DNA of 64,000 bases from Rhynchobatus australiae. Lineage: Eukaryota. A program made the translations under genes and the position numbers. Position 1 is the stretch's first letter. Each line of letters starts with the position of its first letter. Under the pieces are notes generated by a model that worked only from the letters and a program-made list of their open reading frames with translations, ran no database searches and was not told the origin of the DNA. This document shows, one piece after another, positions 12,270-24,755 of this stretch. The stretch spans positions 24,343,826 to 24,407,825 of the forward strand of contig JAUZTB010000017.1 of assembly GCA_034780895.1 (NCBI GenBank). Reading direction: 5' to 3'.

Positions 12270-13711
12270 ACATGTTCCATGGAAGAGCCATTGTTCTTGG
12301 AGAAAGACACCATTGCAAATGCCTGCAACATCATGCCATCACTGCTCGGATCTCTCTGCCAACATGCATGGTGTGCCAAGGACGCCTGGCATTGTGGCAC
12401 ACATTCTTTGATGCTTCTCCATTAGTCTCCAATTAGTTAATGGTTCCAGAAGCACATGTATAGTTGAACGGAGCTAGGGGAGTCCTCCTCCAGTGGTGCT
12501 GGCTTTCCACCATTGCCTCTATCATTTGCTTTGGGTTTCATAAAAAACCCAACAGTTCTTCCTTCTACATCCATTCCAATGTGAGTCTATTCTGATGCAT
12601 GGTAAGCATGGATCCTATGGCAGAACACCTTCAGAACAGGGAAACATTATTGTTTGCTCGTTCATCCAACAGGTTGGATGAAAGCTCTAGTGGAGACTAA
12701 ATATATGAACTATCATGATAAAAATGCTGAAGATTATTGTTATGCTCATAACCATAACTCATTGCATTCTTCAAATCCAGGAGAGTTAATGTCATATGAA
12801 ATAAGTAATAGAGTTCTGTCACTAGGTATCTGTGAGATCCCATCTCTGTTGGCCATGCATGGCAACATTCTGGTAACCACCAGAAGAGCCTCCTCCGCAG
12901 GAGTTAATTGTGAGATGGCTAGAGAGCTCCATTTCACTGTCTCTACTTTTGTGTTCTGTGCTCTCTACCCTGCAAAGACAGAAGGTAGAGACCAATAAGT
13001 AAGAGCAATGGCATGCTTTCATATATGGAAAACAACTGAAAAGGTGGCTTTGAGGGAGAGATATAACATTGCATAAAGTTGAGCGCCAGCAGTGGGTGCA
13101 TGACGTGGAACATAGAGAGCGAAGGATTGGTTTGCCTGTGGAGTGAGATAATACAAGAAGAGTGATATAGTGGAACAGACATGATAGGGAAGAATGAGGG
13201 GCTGAAGCAATACTCACATCCAAATGTACGTATGTCGGAATTCATTTTACTTTATCTGAAGAGATTATTACACTGCTTGTGGCATTGAATCCAGAGACAA
13301 GGACACTGTTGCTCACTTCTATAGCAGCTTTCCACCATGCCCCTTTTGTATCACCAAAGGACTCCTCCCTTGCCTCAGTCCTCATTCCTCAGCCACAGCC
13401 GTCACTGACTTATGGTGAAGCNNNNNNNNNNNNNNNNTAGCATGGTATACTGAAGCCAGACTTTAGAAACCTTCAAATGTCATTCATTTAATACGAATGT
13501 CATTCATTTATTGGGCAGCTGAGATGGAGTTGTGTGTGTCATCATTGTGTTGGCTCAGTGTAATTGGTCAAGAATGCCAAAAATAATATGTTAATGCATT
13601 AAAGAGGCTTTGATGAATGTAATGCAGATCTGCCCCTCTTTACCCAACACACCTCTGCCCCTGAGCCACTCAACCCTACCGCAAGCTCCTCAGAAGGTTA
13701 AAATTCCATCC
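12270..13711 (-). mobile_element. Decayed PIF/Harbinger DNA transposon (Myb/SANT-like gene remnant)
   Basis: Minus strand ~13345-13245 reads TKGAWWKAAIEVSNSVLV/WIQCHKQCNNLFR (Myb/SANT W...EV....W.QC.K.. pattern). After a TTTGCAG acceptor near 12970 it reads RAQNTK....LAISQLTPAEEAL. A possible terminus GGATGGAATTTTAACC lies at 13711-13696. Boundaries are uncertain. Confidence 0.55.
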
Positions 13712-15004
13712 TCCGTCTTGGTTATATAGTACACAGCATCAAACTCATGATAACAGAGAAGTCACAGCTTTAGTTCTGATGAATTTTCTGCTTACTTAAA
13801 TCAGTCTAAATTAGACCTCTGACTTCAGATCACCTTGCTGTTGCTTGGGCAGCAGATTAGATTCCCACTGAAAGTGTTACTCATTTTAATTTTCAGTCAT
13901 TTAAAATAATATAAATTTATTATCACACTTAGTCTTCATAGAGAGCTGTTAGATGATGTCATGCTTCACTATAAAATATTGTAGAATTTGCACAGGTCAT
14001 AACTAATATTAAATAAATAAATTATCCATAATGTTGACATTTTTATGAACTTATTGAGATATTGCACCACAGATTATGTAATCTTTTCCAAAATAAGTTC
14101 CAAACCATAACATCACTGATTCTACATCTCGCTTGCAATGAGTTACCTAGATTTACAATAATTTGTTGATCTGTTGCAGTTCTCTGTGCTGTTATTAAGA
14201 ATATTGGTGTTAAATATTTAAACACTTGCGAAATTCTTATAAATACATAAATCCTTATTTATTTGGCAATGAAGGAGCAAAAAGAAGTATAACNNNNNNN
14301 NNNNNNNNNNNNNNNNNNNNNNNNNNNNNNNNNNNNNNNNNNNNNNNNNNNNNNNNNNNNNNNNNNNNNNNNNNNNNNNNNNNNNNNNNNNNNNNNNNNN
14401 NNNNNNNNNNNNNNNNNNNNNNNNNNNNNNNNNNNNNNNNNNNNNNNNNNNNNNNNNNNNNNNNNNNNNNNNNNNNNNNNNNNNNNNNNNNNNNNNNNNN
14501 NNNNNNNNNNNNNNNNNNNNNNNNNNNNNNNNNNNNNNNNNNNNNNNNNNNNNNNNNNNNNNNNNNNNNNNNNNNNNNNNNNNNNNNNNNNNNNNNNNNN
14601 NNNNNNNNNNNNNNNNNNNNNNNNNNNNNNNNNNNNNNNNNNNNNNNNNNNNNNNNNNNNNNNNNNNNNNNNNNNNNNNNNNNNNNNNNNNNNNNNNNNN
14701 NNNNNNNNNNNNNNNNNNNNNNNNNNNNNNNNNNNNNNNNNNNNNNNNNNNNNNNNNNNNNNNNNNNNNNNNNNNNNNNNNNNNNNNNNNNNNNNNNNNN
14801 NNNNNNNNNNNNNNNNNNNNNNNNNNNNNNNNNNNNNNNNNNNNNNNNNNNNNNNNNNNNNNNNNNNNNNNNNNNNNNNNNNNNNNNNNNNNNNNNNNNN
14901 NNNNNNNNNNNNNNNNNNNNNNNNNNNNNNNNNNNNNNNNNNNNNNNNNNNNNNNNNNNNNNNNNNNNNNNNNNNNNNNNNNNTCATTTAAGTTCTTTTA
15001 TGTG

Positions 15005-15165
15005 AAGTGGCTGTCACTGGCAAGGCCATCGTGTATTGTCCTTCCCTGATTGCCTTTGAAGTAGCCGTACTAAGCATTTCAAAAGGCTGGAATCAACCAC
15101 ACTGGAAACCAGATCAGGAACAATGTCAGATTTTCTTCACTAAAGGCTGTTAGTGAATCAGATTG
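15005..15165 (-). mobile_element. SINE fragment (same family as 35538-35862)
   Basis: GTCACTGGCAAGGCCA...CAGATTTTCTTCACTAAAGGCTGTTAGTGAATCAGAT aligns with 35545-35690. Confidence 0.55.
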
Positions 15166-15204
15166 TGCAAATGTGTGTCACAGATTGCCACTAAGCAAGT
15201 AAGA

Positions 15205-15900
15205 AGAAGAGTGGCGAGTACATTTCAGTGTTGGAAGTACGTTTCAGTGTGGGAAATGTGAAGTTATCTATTTTGGATAAAAGAAATAAAATTATGATTA
15301 GATAAGATTTCTTTATTGGTCACATGTATTTCACTGTGTGTTTCCATGTACATCTTTTTTGCGTAGAGTGTTCTGAGGGCAGCCCACAAGTATCGCCAAG
15401 CTTCTGGCACCAACATAGAAATGCCCACAGCTCCTAACCTGTATGTACTTGGACTGTGGGAGGAAACCAGAGCACTCGAAGAAAACCCATGCAGACACGG
15501 GGAGAATGTACAAACTCCTTATAGACAGTGGCCTGAATTGAACCCAGGTCGCTGGTGCTGGAATAGCGTTATGCTAACCGCTAAATTGTGAGAGACAAGA
15601 AACTGTGATGAGCAATTAGATTGCTGTGTCCAAGTAACTAATAACTAAAAGCATTAATTAAATAGAATACTGTTTTTTAACATCAAGCTTGTACCAGACC
15701 ATATCTGGAGTATCTCATTCAGCACTACACATCAGGAAGGATAAATTGATTTTGGAGAGGTTCAAATGTTAACTAATCAAAATTATTCCAAGCTTTAAAT
15801 GGTTGAATTAAGAGGACATTGTATTAATGAGGTTTGTACTTCCTTGAGTTTCAAGGCTCAGCTATGAGTCGATTGTTGTTTCCAATGATTAAAGAAACAG
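15205..15900 (+). mobile_element. Old CR1 fragment interrupted by a V-SINE
   Basis: TTTCAGTGTGGGAAATGTGAAGTTATCTATTTTGGA (FSVGKCEVIYFG) lies before the SINE and AGACCATATCTGGAGTAT (RPYLEY) after it. Confidence 0.55.
15298..15582 (-). mobile_element. tRNA-derived V-domain SINE
   Basis: Minus strand shows a B-box GGTTCAATTC, the V-domain GGAGTTTGTACATTCTCCCCGTGTCTGCATGGGTTTTCTTCGAGTGCTCTGGTTTCCTCCCACA, and the tail TACATGTGACCAATAAAG. Flanked by AAATTATGA (15289-15297) and AAATTGTGA (15583-15591). Confidence 0.9.
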
Positions 15901-15919
15901 TCAAGTTTTCCACCTAGGA

Positions 15920-16350
15920 ATACTGGAGAAGCTAGAGAGTTTTGGTCTGTATTCCCTGGAGTTTAGGAGAATGAACGGTAACCTTATTCAAACATATAAG
16001 ATCCTAAGGGGGCTTGACAGGGTAGATGTTGAGATGTTTTCACTCATGGGAGAGTTAGGAACATAGCTGCAAAATAAGGGGTCAGTCACTTAAAACTAAA
16101 GTGCATTAAAATTTCTTCCCTTGGAGGGTAATGAAACACTGCAACTCATAGCCCCAGAGGGTGGTGGAGGCCAGATCGTTTGAAATAAAGTGGAGATAGA
16201 TAAGTATTTGAAAGATCCAGGAATTGAGGGTCATGGGGAACTGGCACAGAAGAGGAGTTGAGGCCAGCACGGATCAACCTTGATCATATTGAATGGTGGG
16301 GCAGGCTTGAGGTGCTTGGTGGCCTATTCCTGCTCCTTGATTTTGTATAC
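15920..16350 (+). mobile_element. CR1 LINE 3' fragment (second subfamily)
   Basis: GLYSLEFRRMNGNLIQTYKILRGLDRVDVE coding stretch; 3' UTR GATCATATTGAATGGTGGGGCAGGCTTGAGG...GGCCTATTCCTGCTCCT. Confidence 0.85.
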
Positions 16351-18466
16351 TTGTCAATTGCCTTCCCAATGGATTTTTATGCTCAGTCCTTTAAAGATTG
16401 AAACTGAGGTTTATATTACGAAAGTATATCCAGGATAGGGATTCAAAAGTACGTAAATGAATTTGAAGTACAGATCTAATTAAATGATTCAAGATCTTCA
16501 AGTGGCTGAATGGTTTACCCTTGTTGTTACATTTGAACAAAAAGATTACACATCCAGCAAATTCACTGTGAACAGAATGCAAACAGAGAAGCCATGAACT
16601 ATTTCTGTTCAGTCAGTCAAGGTTAAACTGAAACTGTGCAGCATACTTTTCACTGTAATGTGCAGAAAGCAGCTGCAGTACAGCAACTTGATCCACTTGA
16701 TGCTACATGTTGGGCACACAGTTAGGCGCTTATGGAAAAATTGGAAAGACATGACGCTTCTAGCTTTTTATCTGAGTATTAACCAATCAAATATTCTCAG
16801 AAACTAATATGATTCTATCAAAATAAACATTTTCCCCATTTCTTGAATGCTTCAGCACACATTCCAGCAGTTCTGTTCAATTAATAAAGGCACACATCTA
16901 TGGATTTTCTTTTTAGTCTGCCATCAGTATGAGTTTAGCAGTTAGCCTAACACACAGAAATGTGGGGTGAGCATTTCAAGAAAATAATCATCCTCACAAA
17001 TTTATTTGGCAGTTTATTCTGTACTTGATTTCTTTTATTAACTCAGCTCTAATACAGTCTTACAGTTATTATACCATGTATTGTATCACTTCAAGGGTAA
17101 TATAATCATTGCACAGAAAATTAAACCCAAATACTAATCAAAATCCATGTACTTCTTATAACAAAACCTTTTTATTGCAATCAGTATTAATAACCCTCTT
17201 CATTTTTTTTAAGTTACACATTATTTGCAATTGTAAGACGTTGTTTAGCAGGCAAATAAACAATTTACGTTGATTCAGAGATGCTTGAAATGGGTGCAAA
17301 TCTCCAGGGTAAAGCTTTGCAAAAGAGCTTCTTGCTGCATTTGTCAAAGAATTCCAGGGCTATGGTTCTCACTTTGTCTCCATTTGTTTGCACTAAGAAA
17401 AGTATTGGCTAAATATTTCTCATATAATATAAAAATGGCCTCTATACATTTATATCCCTTCTCCAATTTATAATACACATTTTTAGAAAGCTTTCTGAGC
17501 TTATTTATTATTAGTCTTAGTTGGGCTTAATAATTAACATCTTGCCTGTAGCAAAAATTCATCGAAAATATAGGGGCAGGAGTTGCAAATTAGTTACCCT
17601 CCCTTTTCCTGTTCTCGGAATTCTTCTGGCCTCTGGATAACCCTCTCAGGTTTGTTTTCGTCCTTTCCTTTGACTTTGCTTTTTCTCTGCTAAATGCTTC
17701 TTGTGCTCTTCCAAACAAAAGTCTCCTTTGAAGTAAATAATAACAAAAAATAGCAGTACCTAAACACAAATGCAATCCCTGTCTCATATAAGAAAGAGTT
17801 ACAGTCTTCTAGTTACCAGCATACACTTATCAAAAGAGCAGCAATATAAATGCAACCCCATCCTTCAGTAAAGTGATGAACTTATGATTACATGATACTC
17901 ATGAATTTTCCAGCTACTCACCTTTCACACATGAAGACAGGTTATCAGTGAGGAACACTGTAAAAATGCAGGTTCAGGAAATCTATCTAATTTCTTTGAT
18001 GGTCCATGAATTCAGTTTCTCTGAAATACTTGAATCCAATGTGCTTTTTTCACTTTGTCAACTAATGTGCTCTTTAATAATCATGAACATTAAATTCTGT
18101 CATATGGCATAATTTCAGTTGATGCCTAATTTTGCAAAATTACTTTTGTTGTATAACCACAACAGCTGGAATGACTTCACAGTTTAGGAATCAGTATGCC
18201 TTATTTACAGGTAAGACAAACATACCTGAGNNNNNNNNNNAATACTGTACATAATTATTTCTGAGCTGTGTGTTAAAGATATTTTTTGTTGCTTCTCTTC
18301 AACAAATGCCAACCTCATCAGCATGGATAAAAGTGCTTTAATCTTTGGTTAAAGAATAGTTTCAAAAATGTTAACACCTTTCAAAGTTAGGTAGAAGCTA
18401 AATTCAATAACTCTTGAATATTACAATGTGTGCTTACCCTACTTGTTTGTTGGAGTGTAGTCTCCA

Positions 18467-18539
18467 AAATCAGAATCAGATTTATTATCACTGACTTAAA
18501 TATTGTGAAATATGTTGTTTGCAACACAATTATAGTGCA
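18467..18539 (-). mobile_element. Probable Rex1-type 3' tail running into a gap
   Basis: AATCAGAATCAGATTTATTATCACTGAC: a short tandem tail plus AATAAA on the minus strand, as in the other Rex1 ends. Confidence 0.45.
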
Positions 18540-19659
18540 NNNNNNNNNNNNNNNNNNNNNNNNNNNNNNNNNNNNNNNNNNNNNNNNNNNNNNNNNNNNN
18601 NNNNNNNNNNNNNNNNNNNNNNNNNNNNNNNNNNNNNNNNNNNNNNNNNNNNNNNNNNNNNNNNNNNNNNNNNNNNNNNNNNNNNNNNNNNNNNNNNNNN
18701 NNNNNNNNNNNNNNNNNNNNNNNNNNNNNNNNNNNNNNNNNNNNNNNNNNNNNNNNNNNNNNNNNNNNNNNNNNNNNNNNNNNNNNNNNNNNNNNNNNNN
18801 NNNNNNNNNNNNNNNNNNNNNNNNNNNNNNNNNNNNNNNNNNNNNNNNNNNNNNNNNNNNNNNNNNNNNNNNNNNNNNNNNNNNNNNNNNNNNNNNNNNN
18901 NNNNNNNNNNNNNNNNNNNNNNNNNNNNNNNNNNNNNNNNNNNNNNNNNNNNNNNNNNNNNNNNNNNNNNNNNNNNNNNNNNNNNNNNNNNNNNNNNNNN
19001 NNNNNNNNNNNNNNNNNNNNNNNNNNNNNNNNNNNNNNNNNNNNNNNNNNNNNNNNNNNNNNNNNNNNNNNNNNNNNNNNNNNNNNNNNNNNNNNNNNNN
19101 NNNNNNGGGGTCATTCTGTATTGTGAATGACTGGCATTAATTAAAGCTGGTCTGTGATGCTTAAATGCAGCCTACAACATTTAAAGGGGAGGTGCGTTCT
19201 GTTTGGAGCAGTTGATGACACTCATTGATCAACAAGAGCTAGCCCAGGAAGCTATAAAGAAAAGGTAAACACTGAGCTGGTGGCCTTGACAGAAGAGTTA
19301 GGGATAAGGAGAAATATCCCTGATATGCAGGGAGTAAGACACACTCAAAGGCAGTGGAATTAGATGATTAGGGAGATCAATGCTAGGAGTTAAGCCCCAA
19401 GAACCTAGACACAGTGTTTTTATAATCTCAGTGGCCTCACACCAGCAGTCATGATCAGGAATTGATCTTTAATTACTGCATTTCATTGTCTCTACCACTA
19501 GCTTAAGGCTCTGCCAAATTTGTATCTGCCATCCCTCTCCTACAACCAAATCTCTCATAATTGGGACTCATACCAAACATGTACCACAGCTTTGAACTCT
19601 GACCAATGCTATAGGTCTTTTATTTACCCCTTAGAACATATTCACATAGTTAATACTTT

Positions 19660-19765
19660 TTTGGCAAGGGAAACATTTATTGCCCATCCCGAACTGCCCC
19701 TGCACAAAATATCTTGGCCAGACCATTTCAGCAAACCATGTAACTGAGGGTCTGGAGTCACAGGC
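19660..19765 (-). mobile_element. SINE fragment (same family as 35538-35862)
   Basis: TGGCAAGG..ACATTTATTGCCCATCCC..ACTGCCC...GGGTCTGGAGTCACA. Confidence 0.45.
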
Positions 19766-20494
19766 ATTGGTAACTCATTTACTGTTCAGTATGTGTTCCC
19801 GGGAAGGAGAAAGCTAATGGAATCAGTACTAAAAGGGGCCATTACATAGGTATATGATGGATTACTGTTGGCTAGGGGATCTTACATGAAATCCTGACCT
19901 CCTTGCTGCTGCGCACTGCTGAGCAGGAACATGGGTACTGGGAACTGAGTGTGAACCCTACAGTCCTCTGGTGCTCTCGCAGCACTGAATCACCATGGCT
20001 TGGTGTGGAGACCTTGCCTGGTGGGAAGGCTAGTGGTAGGTCGGCTCGGGTGAGTTTTGCAGCCATTGGGTGCTGAGGTGTGGACCATTGCTTGGACTGG
20101 CGGCACCTGCTCCATGTATTACCAGTCAGAGTCTGGCCAGATCTTAGTGCCTCTTCATCATTTTGGTAGATGTAATGGAGGCAGCTGTCNNNNNNNNNNN
20201 NNNNNNNNNNNNNNNNNNNNNNNNNNNNNNNNNNNNNNNNNNNNNNNNNNNNNNNNNNNNNNNNNNNNNNNNNNNNNNNNNNNNNNNNNNNNNCGAGGAC
20301 GGGTGAAGACTGCACCTTCCACACAAGCGCCAGGAGATGATGAGAGAGTTTGTAAGATCTGGGTGATCTATCATCACATGGAGAAGTTCCCAGCAATGGC
20401 CCCCAATCCCTGTGCCAGCCAGGGTGCAGCCCAAGCCCCATTTCTCAGTGCTGAGTGCCCTGGTGGTGTGTATTTTCAAGTTTTTATATCTCTC

Positions 20495-20826
20495 CCCTTC
20501 CATCGAGCAAGAGATTCAGGAGCCTGAGGGCTCATACCACCAGGCTCAAGGACAGCTTCTATCCCACTGTTATAAGACGATTGAATGGTTCCCTTCTGTG
20601 ATGAGATGGACTCTTGACCTCACATTCTACCTCGTTATGACCTTGCACCTTATTGTCTACTTGCAATGCACTTCCTTTGTAGCTTTACTCTGTATTCTGT
20701 CAATGTTTTTACCCTGTACTACCTCAATGCTCTGTGTAATGAATTGATCTGTGTAAATGGTATGCAAGACAAGTTTTTCACTGTACCTCAGTACAAATGA
20801 CAATAATAAACCAATACCAATACCAA
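20495..20826 (+). mobile_element. Rex1/Babar 3' fragment
   Basis: Reverse-complement similarity to 7035-7350 (ACCACCAGGCTCAAGGACAGCTTCTATCCC...); tail AATAATAAACCAATACCAATACCAA. Confidence 0.85.
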
Positions 20827-20835
20827 CACATGCAC

Positions 20836-21100
20836 CATGAGGTGCACAGATGGGGGTGAATGTGCACAGTCTTTTTCCTAGGGTTGGGGAATCAAGAACT
20901 GGAGGACACAGGTTTAGGGTGAGGGGGAGAGATTTAATAGGAACCTGAGGAGCAACTTTTTCACCCAGAGGATGGCCCATGTATGGAATCAGCTGTCAGA
21001 GGAAGTGGTTGAGGCAGGTGCATCAATAACATTTAAAAGGCACTTGGATAGTAGCATGGATGGAAAAGGTTTAGAGGGATATGGGCAATGGACAAATAGG
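20836..21100 (+). mobile_element. CR1 3' fragment
   Basis: GHRFRVRGRDLIGT and WNQLSEEVVEAGASITFKRHLDSSMDGKGLEGYG (ORF 20972-21157). Confidence 0.9.
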
Positions 21101-23794
21101 ACTACCTTATATNNNNNNTTGGTTGAATTAGAAATAAACAAAAATGAATGTAGGTAGCAACACATTAACTAGTGCACATTAACTAAATATAAGCAAAAAA
21201 TAAACTTAGCTGAACTTAACTTTTTATGGTCAAATGACAGGATTGCCACTTGGATACTAACCATGGCTGAGGGAAAGGTGAGGAGCCAGATATAAAATGC
21301 ACCTGACCCATCAACTCAGTGAACTCCAGAGCCACCACTGGACTCAGTCATGTAAGCAGATGGGTGGTTAGATGACATTATATCTCCAGTGCATTCCTTG
21401 CTCTGTGCTCCAGACTGAAAATGCACTGAACAGCAAGAGGCAGAGATCACCTACAGATATCATGGCCAAACTGCACCCAGATTTTTTAGACAGTTGATAG
21501 CTTGCTCACTTAGAATGAAACACCAAAGAAAAATAACTCACATTGTACACAGTTGCATTCTTTGGATCCACATTTTCAGGAAGTTCTCAGTGATTCAACA
21601 GTCTGTGCTTTTATAGATTGTTACTTTCCATTTTATTAAAGGCCTCCTGACCTGCATCAGTCCCATGCATCTATTTGATCCACTGTTGTCAAAGAATTCT
21701 GAAAAAAATGCTATCTGCTTCTTCATATTTCCTCTCCAGGTTGGCCTCTGAGTAGATTTGCCCTTCAGTTATCCTTGGCATCTGCAGATGGTACTCGATA
21801 TTCTTAGAGCGACTTGTTGAGCCATCGAAGAGCCCACTTCTTCAAAGTTTGTACCTACTTTTTCTGCTCTAATCCACTGAAAAATATTTAGGGATCATGA
21901 TATCACTCTTATATTTTGTGTTATAGCTCACATTGAACCCTACAACAGGATAAAAAGCANNNNNNNNNNNNNNNNNNNNNNNNNNNNNNNNNNNNNNNNN
22001 NNNNNNNNNNNNNNNNNNNNNNNNNNNNNNNNNNNNNNNNNNNNNNNNNNNNNNNNNNNNNNNNNNNNNNNNNNNNNNNNNNNNNNNNNNNNNNNNNNNN
22101 NNNNNNNNNNNNNNNNNNNNNNNNNNNNNNNNNNNNNNNNNNNNNNNNNNNNNNNNNNNNNNNNNNNNNNNNNNNNNNNNNNNNNNNNNNNNNNNNNNNN
22201 NNNNNNNNNNNNNNNNNNNNNNNNNNNNNNNNNNNNNNNNNNNNNNNNNNNNNNNNNNNNNNNNNNNNNNNNNNNNNNNNNNNNNNNNNNNNNNNNNNNN
22301 NNNNNNNNNNNNNNNNNNNNNNNNNNNNNNNNNNNNNNNNNNNNNNNNNNNNNNNNNNNNNNNNCCCTGACCTGAGTAACAATCAGAAATTTGGTCCATT
22401 GATACTTCTAAGTTGAATTCATCAATGTCTTCTGTAATGGACCCGTCAATGTTGATGCAGGTAGGTATAGCCTTTTGAGTGGCACATGAGCAGCCCTGTT
22501 TCTTTCTGTTAGGGTTGTCTATTCTATTCACGACTCATGCTCTTTTCCTGGCATACACTCACAGTTCAATTTAGTAGCAGCAAAGTCAGATAGCTATGTG
22601 TTGCTTGATGGCTACTGTCACTGCTGCATACCTACCATGTAGGATTGTATATAAACATATTGCATACACAATATGCATTGTACACTTCACACAGTGAAAT
22701 CATAATCCTATTTAACAGTTGACTTTACACTACCAATCAATCTCGTAGCAGGTTAAAAAAAAACATGCGCTATGCAGTTGAATTTCTAGGCACAAAACTC
22801 TGTAAACTGTCAAGTGCTAAACTGATATGTCCTTGAGCAATATTCTCTTCTTGATTTCCCATTGTTTCAAGCAGGGGCCTGCACCTCTACACCTTTGGCC
22901 TTGTATTACCTCTGAGGAGTACACAGCAGCTTGTATTTAAAATGAGAACCAAACTCTCTGGAAAATCTTTTGCTAGCTTTTATTTTGTTTGAGATTTGGT
23001 GAGTCATTCCAATATACAGGCATAACCCTTTCAGCAGCAGGAGATGTGCTGCTCAGTAAGTTATTACAGGGTAATTTTTACCACATTTGCACATTCACAA
23101 TGTGGTTAACATTTATTTATTGCTGGATTTAATGTGTCCTGGCATAAGCCAGCATTCACTTACCAGTCCTTGGCACATGGTTCAACTGTAACTCCTTCCA
23201 AATGTTGTAAATGAGGTAGTGACTTGACGCTGGTGTTTAGGTCATTTAGCTCCACTTTTATGCAGACATACTATGAGCTCTTGAGAAGGGTGGCTCATTG
23301 ACTTCAAGTGGAAAACCAGCTGCGTGTAACTTATGACATTTACAGCGAAGTGGCTTTTGAGNNNNNNNNNNNNNNNNNNNNNNNNNNNNNNNNNNNNNNN
23401 NNNNNNNNNNNNNNNNNNNNNNNNNNNNNNNNNNNNNNNNNNNNNNNNNNNNNNNNNNNNNNNNNNNNNNNNNNNNNNNNNNNNNNNNNNNNNNNNNNNN
23501 NNNNNNNNNNNNNNNNNNNNNNNNNNNNNNNNNNNNNNNNNNNNNNNNNNNNNNNNNNNNNNNNNNNNNNNNNNNNNNNNNNNNNNNNNNNNNNNNNNNN
23601 NNNNNNNNNNNNNNNNNNNNNNNNNNNNNNNNNNNNNCCTTTCTCCAGAGACATCTCACCCATGGCTCACCCAGTGTACACTTAAAGGACCCCTGCCATA
23701 CTTGATGTCATCTCCAGAATTTTAAGTGGTTACTTTCAGAATGTAATTACTACTCTTTTAAAAGCATTGCCTCACAACAGTATTAAGGTGCAAA

Positions 23795-24265
23795 GACATC
23801 ATTAAACAGGAAATAGTGCAAAAAAGATTTACAAGAATGCTGCCAGGACTCAAGGGCCTGAGTTATAGGGAGAGGTTGGGCAGGCAAGGACTTCATTCCT
23901 CAGAGTGCTGGAGACTGAGGGGTGGCCTTATAGAGGTGCATAAAATCATGAGGGACACAGATAGGGTGAACGGGCACAGTCTTTTTCCCAGGGAAAGGGG
24001 ATCAAAAACCAAAGGGCATAGGTTTAATATGAGAGGAGTAAGATTCAATATGGACCTGAGGGGCAACTTCTTCATGCACAGGGTAGTGGGTACATGCAAC
24101 AAGCTGCCAGAGGGAGTGACTGAGGCAGGTACAGTAACAATATTTCAAAGACACTTAGACTGTTCCAAAGCTTTAGGGTGAAATAGCATGAGCTTAGATA
24201 GGCATCTTAGTCAACGAGTTGGGCCAAAGGGCCTGTTTCCGTGCTGTATTGCTCTATAACTCTCA
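23795..24265 (+). mobile_element. CR1 3' fragment with open ORF2 C-terminus
   Basis: ORF 23816-24181 QKRFTRMLPGLKGLSYRERLGRQGLHSSECWRLRGGLIEVHKIMRDTDRV...; tail GGGCCTGTTTCCGTGCTGTATTGCTCTATAACTC. Confidence 0.95.
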
Positions 24266-24684
24266 ATAATTTAGTTGTGCACCTTTGTCGCTACTTTGGA
24301 GATATTAATTTAACAATATGATTTTGTACTGCACTCAGTATATACTCGCATATGGAGAAAGTTGGAGCGTTTGCTCTTTAACCAGCAGCACTGATGTTTT
24401 CATTTCTTCACTGGCATGTTTTTGTTCTGTTGGGGAAGGAAAGGGATGGTTGGGATGATCACAATTGATGCTCTTTGCTCTGCACTTTCATTCTAAAGAG
24501 AGGAAAAAGGGACAGTGGGAATTATACCATCTGGAGGTAGTGGTAATGCAAAGCCAAGCTGAAATGTCAACATTAATAATACGAAGAAGGGACGTCTGTT
24601 TCTGGCATAAAAGGAATTTATATGGCACTTATTATGTAATGTACCATTCCTTGGTCGGTGCTTTAATAGGAATATTATCAAACC

Positions 24685-24755
24685 TAAGTTAGTCAAAAAG
24701 ATAGGTTTTAAGAGGCATCTTAAATGAGGAGAGCAAAACAGAAAAGCAGAAGTTT
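24685..24755 (-). mobile_element. Short L2-type 3' fragment
   Basis: GTCAAAAAGATAGGTTTTAAGAGGCATCTTAAATGAGGAGAG is the reverse complement of the FK..LKTYLF L2 3' motif. Confidence 0.45.

Noticed and set aside
13476-13510. Short tandem duplications (15 bp here, 19 bp at 15217-15255, AT-rich at ~43420-43455)
   Set aside because: These are ordinary slippage products.
14226-15005. Long ORFs spanning N-gaps (also ~10.7k, 18.5k, 22k, 23.4k, 25.4k, 39.4k, 44.8k, 60.8k)
   Set aside because: Their length comes from X residues translated from assembly gaps; the real flanking residues show no protein motifs.
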